In this document: positions 1 through 8,593 of the stretch, piece after piece
Layout: each line of letters starts with the position of its first letter
Numbering within the stretch: position 1 is the stretch's first letter
Assembly: GCA_965140415.1 (NCBI GenBank)
Contig: OZ223209.1
Location: 4,640,001-4,704,000 of the forward strand
Reading direction: 5' to 3'
DNA length: 64,000 nucleotides
Source of the DNA: Myxococcota bacterium
GTDB taxonomy: Bacteria; Myxococcota_A; SURF-8
Position numbers and translations under genes: made by a program
Notes under the pieces: generated by a model
Seen by the model: only the letters and a program-made list of their open reading frames with translations
Databases searched by the model: none
What the model was told of the DNA's origin: nothing

Positions 1-60
1 ATTATATTTATGCCCGCTGTGTGCGTTCGAGCGATTAGCTTTGCAGACCAACGGTGGTTA

Positions 61-639
61 TTACCCGACATTCAAACCCAGCATCTGTAACAGAGCGACT
101 GCCTCCGGTAAGCTCACGCGGGTTCCCTTGACGTTGTTTTCGCGCGGGTCGAATGCATAGCCGGCCGCCAGACGGAAATCGGCGTCGCTTAAATCGCAGC
201 GGGAAAAGAGCGCACCTTCCAGTTGCGCCTCGTTGAAATCGGCTTTCATGAGGCGGCAGGAAACGAATTCCGCCTGGCGCAGGTTGCAGTCTTTAAAGGA
301 AAGTTCATCCAGTTCGAGATCCGAAAAGAGCGCGTAGGACAGGTCGCAGGCTTCGAAGGACAACTCCAGCAGGGCGTCGTCGATGGAACTGAAATCCACG
401 CCGGTCAGTTTGCAGTCTTTAAAAGAGGCGTCCCGAAAAGCAACGCGGACGATTTTACAGTTGGAGAGATTGCAGCCGATGAAACGGCAATCCAGAAAGC
501 GCGAGCGGGAAAAGTCCGCTCCGCTGAAATCGCAGGACTCGAAGACGCAATCCCGAAAGCTGCGGTCGGTGAGCGTTGCCTGTTGGTATTTTTCATTCGT
601 GACGTGTTCGTCCTGCACTTCCATTTCGTTCGGGTTCAT
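61..639 (-). CDS. Pentapeptide repeat protein
   Basis: Tandem A(D/N)F/L-type pentapeptides (e.g. CDFSGADFSRSRFLDCRFIGCNLS) over the whole 192 aa. Confidence 0.9.
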   Translation of the reverse strand: MNPNEMEVQDEHVTNEKYQQATLTDRSFRDCVFESCDFSGADFSRSRFLDCRFIGCNLSNCKIVRVAFRDASFKDCKLTGVDFSSIDDALLELSFEACDLSYALFSDLELDELSFKDCNLRQAEFVSCRLMKADFNEAQLEGALFSRCDLSDADFRLAAGYAFDPRENNVKGTRVSLPEAVALLQMLGLNVG

Positions 640-657
640 GGCGCGTTTCCGTTTCTT

Positions 658-1632
658 TTATTCGACAATCGAAAGGCGCATCGGCGTGCTCTGCCGGTCA
701 ACCAGCACCCGTCCGTCGCGCTCCAATAAATCCAGATACGCCAGCGATTCCGATAAGGCCAGATACAAGTTGATCGGGTCCAGTTTGCCGAAAACAGCTT
801 CCGCCAATTCAAAGAGAGTCTCGTTTCCCGCCTGAATGCGCTTGATAAACAGCTTGGCGCGGCGCTCGATAAACATGCGGTTGCGTGCAATCAAGGCGGG
901 CACATCCTCGATATTCTTCCCGTGTCCCGGATAACCGACTGCGGCCTTCGTTTCGGAAAGCGTCTGTAATGAATCCAGATACTGCAACTGGCTGCGATAG
1001 CGGCGGTAGCCGTTTTCCGGGTCCAGGTAAAGCAGGGGATTGGGAGTGATGTGCGGCAGCAGCATGTCGCCGGAAAACAACTCGCCCGTTTCGGTATCCA
1101 GGTAGCAGAGGTGATCGGGACAATGTCCCGGAGTGTGCAGGCTGGTCAAGCTGCGCCCGCCGATCTCCAGGCGTTCGCCGCCGCGCAACAATCGGATCTC
1201 ATGTGGTTCGCTGTGCAGATCCGCGTTTTCGTCGCTGCGCTTGAATACCTTTCGCATTAAATCCAGCAATTCCGGCTTCGTACCGCAACGGATCAGCACG
1301 TTGAAAAGCCGCTGCAACGAATCTTCATCGCGTCGGTCGGACAATACGCAACGTTCATGCAGGAACAAGGTCGCCTTGCAGCGTTTGGAGAGCCAATAGG
1401 CCGCCCCGGCATGATCGTAGTGGCCGTGGGTGATGAGTATGTCCTGAATATCCGAAAACGTCACACCATGGCGTGTAAGTCCGGCCTCCAGGGCCTCCAG
1501 CGATTGCGGCGTATAAACCCCGGTATCCACCAGCGCCGGTTTCTCGCCCAGTATCAAATAGCTGTTGACATCCCCCACCGGATAGGGCGTAGGCAGTGGT
1601 AACTTGTGGATGATACTCGCTTTATTAATCAT
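658..1632 (-). CDS. MBL-fold metallo-hydrolase
   Basis: THGHYDHAG (HxHxDH), HTPGH, FSGD and PGHG motifs. Confidence 0.9.
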   Translation of the reverse strand: MINKASIIHKLPLPTPYPVGDVNSYLILGEKPALVDTGVYTPQSLEALEAGLTRHGVTFSDIQDILITHGHYDHAGAAYWLSKRCKATLFLHERCVLSDRRDEDSLQRLFNVLIRCGTKPELLDLMRKVFKRSDENADLHSEPHEIRLLRGGERLEIGGRSLTSLHTPGHCPDHLCYLDTETGELFSGDMLLPHITPNPLLYLDPENGYRRYRSQLQYLDSLQTLSETKAAVGYPGHGKNIEDVPALIARNRMFIERRAKLFIKRIQAGNETLFELAEAVFGKLDPINLYLALSESLAYLDLLERDGRVLVDRQSTPMRLSIVE

Positions 1633-1921
1633 GGTACAACCTTATGAACGTTTATGCGAATCCAGACGAGAACGCGTTCAGCAGTCGGTACAGATCCTAC
1701 CACGCCAAACCGATGTTGGAAGGGAAAAAAAGAGAAGTTCACCGGAATCGCGACACTTGGGAATACAAACGCGCGCAAGTCGTTCTTTCATCATGATACT
1801 GGGGAGTTTACTTGACAAAAACATGCGGCAATGACAGGATTCGCGAACTTGTGTTGAGGTGCTGTTTGACACGGATCTTCAGGTTACATTCAGAAAAACA
1901 ATCACGAATGAGGAGCGTATA

Positions 1922-3097
1922 GTGGGCGATCACGATCGATACAACGAGTTATGTTGCAGCGAACGTCAGCAACTGGGCGGCGGTATTCTGGAAATCACTC
2001 CCAAGTGTATTTTGAAAACCCACGAAGACCTGTCTCGTGTCTACACGCCCGGTGTGGCGGAACCCTGCCTTAGAATCGCCAACGACGTCACACAGGCCTA
2101 CACCTACACCATGAAAGCCAACACCGTTGCGATCATCAGCGACGGCACGGCGGTATTGGGACTGGGCGACATCGGCCCGCATGCGGCCTTACCGGTGATG
2201 GAGGGAAAAAGCCTGCTGTTCAAGACCTTCGGCAATGTCGATGCCATGCCCATCGTGGTGGACACCAAAGATGTAGATGAGTTGGAAAAGCTGGTGCGCC
2301 TGATTGCACCGACTTTCGGAGGCATCAATCTAGAGGATATCTCCGCGCCGCGCTGTGTGGATCTGATCGAGCGCTTGCAGGATCTGGACATCCCCGTGTT
2401 CCACGACGATCAGGACGGCACGGCGGTCGTTACCATCGCCGCGCTGCATAACGCGCTGAAAGTAACGGGAAAACACTTTACCGAACTGAAAGTCGTGCTT
2501 TCCGGTGCGGGAGCGGCAGCCTATGCCATCGTCAAGATGCTGAACTCCATGGACGGCTCGCCGCGTGAAATCCTGGTCTGCGATTCCAAGGGGATCATCA
2601 ACCGCAAGCGCCCACTGGCCTTCCACAAGGAATGGATTTTAAAGATGCCCGGCGTCGTGGAAGGAGAAGGCAGCCTGGCGGATGCACTGAAAGGCGCAGA
2701 CGTCTTTATCGGTGTGAGTAAGGCCGGGCTGGTCACGCGCGAGATGGTGGCTACGATGAACGCCGACCCGATCCTGTTCGCCATGGCCAACCCCGACCCG
2801 GAAATCACGCCGGAAGAAGCCTTTGCCGGAGGTGCGGCGCTGGTGGGTACCGGTCGTAGCGATTATCCCAATCAAGTCAACAACGTACTGGCTTTCCCGG
2901 GAATCTTCCGTGGGGCGCTGGACGCCCGCGCCCGCCAGATTACACCCGAAATGAAGCTGGCCGCCGCCATCGCATTGGCCGATTACGTGAAAGAACCGAC
3001 CAAGGAAAACATCCTGCCCGATCCCCTGGATAAAGCGGTCGCCATGCACGTCGCCAAGGCCGTCGCCCAAGCCTGGATCAAACAGGCGGATAAATAG
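1922..3097 (+). CDS. NAD(P)-dependent malic enzyme (short type)
   Basis: YTPGVAEPC, DGTAVLGLGDIG, LEDISAPRC, HDDQDGTA, GRSDYPNQVNN. The GTG at 1922 follows a GAGGAG RBS (the ORF track starts at 1859). Confidence 0.93.
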   Translation: MGDHDRYNELCCSERQQLGGGILEITPKCILKTHEDLSRVYTPGVAEPCLRIANDVTQAYTYTMKANTVAIISDGTAVLGLGDIGPHAALPVMEGKSLLFKTFGNVDAMPIVVDTKDVDELEKLVRLIAPTFGGINLEDISAPRCVDLIERLQDLDIPVFHDDQDGTAVVTIAALHNALKVTGKHFTELKVVLSGAGAAAYAIVKMLNSMDGSPREILVCDSKGIINRKRPLAFHKEWILKMPGVVEGEGSLADALKGADVFIGVSKAGLVTREMVATMNADPILFAMANPDPEITPEEAFAGGAALVGTGRSDYPNQVNNVLAFPGIFRGALDARARQITPEMKLAAAIALADYVKEPTKENILPDPLDKAVAMHVAKAVAQAWIKQADK

Positions 3098-3223
3098 CTG
3101 GAATTAAAGAGAAATGTGAGAATCGATTTATGAGCAGGATTTTTGTTCTGCCCTTTTCGTTTATCTTGAACCAGTAAAACAATGGCATTCAAGCAGATTT
3201 CATTTCGCCATCAAACAGCCATT

Positions 3224-3478
3224 TCATATGCTACCAACTTCTGTTATGGTAATAATGATTTTCCATGTTGTGACATCGCCAGGATAGGATTTCCAAAATT
3301 CCTTATCTACCATGCTGTCTAATAATCTATCCGCAACAGTGTTCAGGCAGACAAAAATAATGAACCAATAAAAGAACTGCCCGATATGCCGCACATCCTT
3401 CCATCCTGCCCAGTAACCGCGCTTAGGTGAAGGGATAGGAGCGTTTTCCTCCTGCATGTGTGTTTCTTCCACCGACAT
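3224..3478 (-). CDS. Small hypothetical membrane protein, possibly truncated
   Basis: 84-aa ORF starting immediately after the stop of the upstream gene, with one hydrophobic segment (IGQFFYWFIIFVCL). Confidence 0.4.
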   Translation of the reverse strand: MSVEETHMQEENAPIPSPKRGYWAGWKDVRHIGQFFYWFIIFVCLNTVADRLLDSMVDKEFWKSYPGDVTTWKIIITITEVGSI

Positions 3479-4372
3479 TTATTGATCCCCATCCACCCAG
3501 GCTTTGGGAATACAGATGTCGTTTACACAGGTAGTTTCGACATCGTAACAGAAATTTCCTGCACACATGCAGCCATAGGTTCCAAGATGATCAGGCCAGC
3601 ACTCCTCCAGACATATTGTGCCCAATCGACACTCCAACCCTTCCTGACAGGTCTCATCCGGATAGCAGGGACAATTCATGCCTCCAGGACAAACGATTTC
3701 TTCATCGCCATCAATTTCGCTCTCATCCAAGCAAATACCCTCATAGCAAATCCGACCATAAAGGCACCAGCCACCAATGCAAGGACAATGATGCTCTCCC
3801 GAATCGCAATACTCACAAATACCGTCTCTGCAAATATATTCCTCACCCAAACATTCATCATTCGGTAAACAGCTACACCATTCTTCACCGCGGATACACC
3901 CTAGTTCCTCCTCCAAATCGGTTTCCATAAGATCTGAATCGTCCTCCACTTCTTCTAAATCCCCATCGGTAATGCTCTCCGTGTCCCCGTCTCCGTCTCC
4001 ATCTCCCTCACTATCAGGTTCCAGCGAGTCGGAGGAGTCTATTTCCGACGTATCGAGGTCGCATTCGATCTTATCACCATCAACAGACGCATCCGCATCC
4101 AATTCCACTTGCTCCGTTTCGGTCAGATCGCCATCGGCTATGAGATCGAGATCTTCATCAGCTTGATCACGTTCATCCACGTCCAAATCGCCATCGACCG
4201 GGAGTTGATCCGTATCGTTATCGCCCGGCTGGAGTTCCTGCTCGCGATCCATTTCCGTTGATGAAATATCCTGATCACCATTTGCAGGATCGGAATCGGA
4301 GGACGGACAACCAGATGCAAACAGCATAATCCACAGGGAACACAGGATCAGAAACGCTTTCATTGAAACCAC
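3479..4372 (-). CDS. Lipoprotein with acidic DGD linker and four CxC-type Cys-rich repeats
   Basis: Lipobox FASGC, many DGD motifs, C-terminal repeats G-x3-C-x-C-x4/5-C-x-C. Confidence 0.8.
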   Translation of the reverse strand: MVSMKAFLILCSLWIMLFASGCPSSDSDPANGDQDISSTEMDREQELQPGDNDTDQLPVDGDLDVDERDQADEDLDLIADGDLTETEQVELDADASVDGDKIECDLDTSEIDSSDSLEPDSEGDGDGDGDTESITDGDLEEVEDDSDLMETDLEEELGCIRGEEWCSCLPNDECLGEEYICRDGICEYCDSGEHHCPCIGGWCLYGRICYEGICLDESEIDGDEEIVCPGGMNCPCYPDETCQEGLECRLGTICLEECWPDHLGTYGCMCAGNFCYDVETTCVNDICIPKAWVDGDQ

Positions 4373-4574
4373 CTTCTTGGAATCGCGTTAAGTTTCAGAA
4401 ACAATCATAGCTGCTGATTAACAAGGAAATAGCCTATTGATCCATTAACAACGTTCGGTCATGTTTACGCAACGTAAACTTTTAAAAACGAGACAGATCG
4501 AGCAGATTTTTCTGAATGCATGGCAGTAGGACCAGCATATGGAACAGGATAGGAGCCCTGCTCTATCGAATAAA

Positions 4575-4601
4575 GATGGGCATGGCAAATGCCCATCCTA
4601 C
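4575..4601 (-). repeat. REP-like palindrome (GTAG + hairpin)
   Basis: Minus strand reads GTAG-GATGGGCAT-TTGCC-ATGCCCATC, a perfect 9-bp stem preceded by GTAG. Intergenic. Confidence 0.55.
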
Positions 4602-4649
4602 TAGATATCTAAGCAACCAATAAGTACTATTAAAGCTCCCCTTCCCTAT

Positions 4650-5477
4650 TTACGACCAGATCCACTGTCCCTTGCCGATGAACACCGCCAGATCCATGGC
4701 AACTGCTGAAATGGCGTGCAGTAACCAGCAATACAACATGCTGCGTGTGCGTAGCGCCAAAGCCCCCAGGATCAAGCCTGCAAACACGGAGGCAAAGACT
4801 TCGGGTACCGGTTTACCGATGTGCAACAGCGCAAAGGGGATCATCTGCACCACGATGGCATACGCGCCGATAGCCGGATACAAGGCAAAGAGCAGGAAAC
4901 CTCGGAAAAAGAATTCCCAGGCAAAGAAGTAGAGTACGTAGAAACTTTCGTACAACAGGAAAAACGACAGCGACTTCAGAGCGTACTTGTTAAGGGGATA
5001 GTGTCGGGCAAAACTTTCCGTCTGATTGGCGAAATACACCACCACAATCATCACGGCGGCAAACAGCGCCAGGATCTTCAAGCCCAGTCGCCAGTCGCCC
5101 AGTTGCAGTCCAAACGCCTTCGGCTTTTTGCGAAAGCCGAGAATCAGCAGCATGGGAACGAGGCCGTAGAACAACGCGGAGGAGGAAAACCAGTAGAGAT
5201 GCGGCATGAGCCGGTGAAAGGAAAAATCCCTGCCGAAATGAATGTAGGCCCGATAGAACCTGGCTTGTCCGTACTCTTCTGTAACAATGATCAGGCAGGT
5301 CGCCGCGATCAATGCGACGGCGGCAAAAAGCTGCATCGGTTTTGCATATTCGCGCCACCACTGGCCCAACTCCACCACGATCCATTTCATGGCATTCCCC
5401 ATTGAAACGTACAATGCGGCAATCATAGCCCAACTCGCCACAAACGGCCAGAAATCGCCAGCCGTTTTCTTGGACAA
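4650..5477 (-). CDS. CPBP (Abi/CAAX, type II) intramembrane metalloprotease
   Basis: WEFFFRG, FALLH and C-terminal LLH motifs in a multi-TM protein. Confidence 0.9.
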   Translation of the reverse strand: MSKKTAGDFWPFVASWAMIAALYVSMGNAMKWIVVELGQWWREYAKPMQLFAAVALIAATCLIIVTEEYGQARFYRAYIHFGRDFSFHRLMPHLYWFSSSALFYGLVPMLLILGFRKKPKAFGLQLGDWRLGLKILALFAAVMIVVVYFANQTESFARHYPLNKYALKSLSFFLLYESFYVLYFFAWEFFFRGFLLFALYPAIGAYAIVVQMIPFALLHIGKPVPEVFASVFAGLILGALALRTRSMLYCWLLHAISAVAMDLAVFIGKGQWIWS

Positions 5478-5566
5478 AGTGAAAAATCACCATGTCGCGT
5501 ATTGTTATTTTTGGTCTCTATTTGTCAAAGCTGCACTTTCCCTCCCAAATCCTGTAATCTTTTGAA

Positions 5567-5595
5567 TTGACCTTTGAATCCTGCTTCCGTATAGT
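5567..5595 (+). promoter_or_regulatory. Putative sigma70 promoter for the DGD lipoprotein cluster
   Basis: TTGACC-N17-TATAGT upstream of the ATG at 5719. Confidence 0.5.
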
Positions 5596-5718
5596 ATTCT
5601 CAAGTGTCATAAACGGACTTCAAGGTGTTACTCGCCACAAGCAGGATGGTTTATGGATTGCCGGGAAGCATCCATACCGTTGTATTGCGATGCACGACAT
5701 AATCGGGAGGACAGGATC

Positions 5719-7011
5719 ATGAAACGCGAGTGGTTGGCGGTTTTATTGATTGGGCTATTGTGTATTAGCTGTTGGGGATGCGAAGAAGACGAGGACAGCT
5801 CGGACGGCGACATGATCACCGACGGAGATACGATCACCGATGGAGATCAAGACGGCAACAGCGTGTGCACTCCGCTGCAAATGAGAAGCTGTGTCTGCCC
5901 CAACGGTCAAGAGGGTCATCAGTCGTGTAACACATATGGAACCGCCTGGGGAGCCTGCGAAGGATGCGAGAACGCAGACGGTGATACATCCCCGGACGGT
6001 GACACATCCACTGACGGTGACACATCCACAGACGGTGATTCCACCCCGGATGGAGATTGTATTGCCGATGGCGATGTCGATGGCGATATACCAGTTGATG
6101 GCGACACGCCAGTAGATGGTGATACACCAGTCGATGGCGACACACCAGTCGACGGTGATACTCCAGTTGATGGCGACACGCCAGTTGATGGTGATACTCC
6201 AGTCGATGGTGATATGCCAGTCGACGGGGATATCATTCCCGATGGCGATGCAGAAGTGGATTCCCAGCAAACAGTCTGTACCGTTGCAGATGGATGTGTT
6301 TCCAACGATGAATATTGTTTCCCGAATACGCCGGGAGCGGATGAAGGCACCTGCCAGCCATATTGTAGTGCGGAAGGGGTAGATTGTCCTGCCGGATATC
6401 GTTGTGACTCCGGCGAATGTGAAGCAATCGAAGGATACTGCCAGAGCGATGCAGAATGTGAAATGGATGAATTTTGCAACAAACTGCCAACAGAAGAAGA
6501 TGGCATTTGCACGGAATACTGTTTCAACGTAGGCGCAAACTGTCCGGCTTCCTACTACTGCGAAGATGATCCTGAAGATCCAAACTACGGACACTGTGTA
6601 CCCAGTGATCAAACCTGCTATCCGTGCAGCGATGACAATGATTGCGAAGCGACCCAATACTGCGGAGTGATCGTCGGACATGATTCCGGTTGCTGTTATG
6701 AAAAGTGCGGTCCCGAAAATCCCTGTCCGGGACCACTGGTCTGCAATACGGAAGGCCATTGCGTAGTCGATGGTGATGTGCAAGATTGCGGCGGGTGCCC
6801 GCCGGGTTACGTTTGCGATACCATATACAGTGAATGTGTGCTCAATTGCCCAGCCTGTCCGCAAGATCACTGCTGCGACGCACAAAGCGCCCCAAACTGC
6901 TATTCCTGCACATGTACGAACCCATCATTTTGCGGCGTATTGCTGCCGCCTTGCTGTTTCGGGTACGATTGTTCGGCAGTCGTTTACGGAGTAATCGGCT
7001 ATTGCATTTAA
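5719..7011 (+). CDS. Cys-rich DGD-repeat lipoprotein (paralogue 1)
   Basis: ATG 5719 after GGGAGG, lipobox CWGC, PVDGDT tandem repeats, Cys-rich C-terminal half. Confidence 0.85.
   Translation: MKREWLAVLLIGLLCISCWGCEEDEDSSDGDMITDGDTITDGDQDGNSVCTPLQMRSCVCPNGQEGHQSCNTYGTAWGACEGCENADGDTSPDGDTSTDGDTSTDGDSTPDGDCIADGDVDGDIPVDGDTPVDGDTPVDGDTPVDGDTPVDGDTPVDGDTPVDGDMPVDGDIIPDGDAEVDSQQTVCTVADGCVSNDEYCFPNTPGADEGTCQPYCSAEGVDCPAGYRCDSGECEAIEGYCQSDAECEMDEFCNKLPTEEDGICTEYCFNVGANCPASYYCEDDPEDPNYGHCVPSDQTCYPCSDDNDCEATQYCGVIVGHDSGCCYEKCGPENPCPGPLVCNTEGHCVVDGDVQDCGGCPPGYVCDTIYSECVLNCPACPQDHCCDAQSAPNCYSCTCTNPSFCGVLLPPCCFGYDCSAVVYGVIGYCI
6091..6234 (+). repeat. Coding tandem repeat, 8 x 18 nt (PVDGD[T/M/I])
   Basis: Units of cca gtn gay ggn gay acn with varied third codon positions. 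Confidence 0.9.
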
Positions 7012-7220
7012 GAGCGAAACCCGCTCGTAAATAAACAAGTGAGAACACGTCATGAAAAGACGTTGATCTTCGATTAAAAGTACCTTATACTGTGTTCTAC
7101 TTCAATGTGCTTCTGCTTCATGAGTCCGGTCTCGCCACGCACGATCCTGCAAGAAATATTTCCTGCGGAAGGATGGTGTGGTGTCAGCAAACACAGGCAG
7201 TAAAGGGGGAGGGAGAAAAC

Positions 7221-8402
7221 ATGCGAGCTTGGACAATCGCAATCGGAATGATTCTTGTATTCGGTATGACATTGTGTGCCTGCTCCGAAAAGATCAGCGT
7301 TTCGTTTTCTTCCGATGGGGATCTCACCGCAGATGGCAACTTTTCCTCCGATGGCGATGTCGCAGAAGATGGCGACAGTTCAACCGATGGCGACTCACCA
7401 ACACCCATCGCGCAGTGTACACCCAATGTATACCGCTGCTATCATGACGACGTTCAGCTTTGCAACGATCGCTTCGAATGGACCTTCTACCGCGATTGCA
7501 GCGCAGAAGGAAAAAATTGTATAGACGGTCAATGTGTGGATACCGATGGGGAAACGATTCCAGATGGGGATCTTGTTGCCGACGGGGATCTGTCCACCGA
7601 CGGGGATCTGCCAATTGACGGAGATCTAAGCGAAGCGGAAGCGGACTCCGGAGAAACATCATGCACAAGCGATGCGGATTGCGTGGCACAAAATACCTAC
7701 TGCTTTTTCGAGAATTCCGAAGAAAATCATGGCGTTTGCCGCTTGTACTGCAACCAGGGCGGAGATTGTCCGCAGGGCTGGAATTGCTCCGCCGGAACAT
7801 GCGAGCGCATCGAAAACTTCTGCACTTCGGATACGGAGTGCGGCATTGATGAATTCTGCTCGGAAATCCTCCCCGGTTACGGCTTATGCACCAGCTATTG
7901 CTTTGCAATGAATTCAGAATGCTCGGAAGGCTCGATCTGCGATGAAGATGCACAGTCGGATACCTATGGACACTGTATCGAAGCACCTGGAGACGGTCAG
8001 GTTTGCAGAAAAGACAGCGACTGCGAGGACTCCGAGCACTGTAACCTTACGATGTTTCCGGGCATGTGTGCGCCCACGGAGGGCACCTGCATCGAAGATT
8101 GCGGCCCGAATAACCCCTGCCCTGCGGATAAAACCTGCAATAGCTACGGACGCTGCGTCAGCGGAGAACCGGACTGCGGCTACGATTGTCCTCAAGGCTA
8201 TGTTTGCGATCCGGTGTTCAATACCTGTGTGCTTAATTGTCCCGAATGCGGTCCGAATGAATGCTGCGATGCCGATAGCGCCCCCAATTGCTATATGTGC
8301 AATTGCACCAATCCTGCGGTTTGCGGCTTTGGCTTGCCTTCCTGTTGCTTTGGTTCCTGCTGTTCGGCAGTCATATACGGGGTAGCCGGATATTGCCTGT
8401 GA
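7221..8402 (+). CDS. Cys-rich DGD-repeat lipoprotein (paralogue 2)
   Basis: ATG 7221 after GGGAGGGAG, lipobox LCAC. The last 71 aa align without gaps to paralogue 1. Confidence 0.85.
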   Translation: MRAWTIAIGMILVFGMTLCACSEKISVSFSSDGDLTADGNFSSDGDVAEDGDSSTDGDSPTPIAQCTPNVYRCYHDDVQLCNDRFEWTFYRDCSAEGKNCIDGQCVDTDGETIPDGDLVADGDLSTDGDLPIDGDLSEAEADSGETSCTSDADCVAQNTYCFFENSEENHGVCRLYCNQGGDCPQGWNCSAGTCERIENFCTSDTECGIDEFCSEILPGYGLCTSYCFAMNSECSEGSICDEDAQSDTYGHCIEAPGDGQVCRKDSDCEDSEHCNLTMFPGMCAPTEGTCIEDCGPNNPCPADKTCNSYGRCVSGEPDCGYDCPQGYVCDPVFNTCVLNCPECGPNECCDADSAPNCYMCNCTNPAVCGFGLPSCCFGSCCSAVIYGVAGYCL

Positions 8403-8593
8403 AACGGACATAAACCTGCATGATCATCCATCTCACGTTGGAGTGAAAAAACGGCTCTAACAGAAACGGAATTGCCCCCTCAAAGCGCTTGCTCCCCTTG
8501 CAAGGGTGTGGTATGACTTGCATAATATTGGATCTTTACTGTGTAACGATACATTGATTTCCGGGGGGAAAAGCAAACGAAAGGTGTGGAATT

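Noticed and set aside
3200-3226. TGA at the end of the 84-aa ORF as a second selenocysteine codon
   Set aside because: Readthrough gives only seven more residues before another TGA, with no redox motif or SECIS-like hairpin.
4650-5477. CPBP protease as the myxosortase for the MYXO-CTERM-like protein
   Set aside because: Only generic CPBP motifs are visible, and the subfamily cannot be assigned without an HMM search.
5977-6250. Regular short repeats that could be a CRISPR array
   Set aside because: The units are 18 nt, contiguous, in frame and lack spacers. No cas genes are present.
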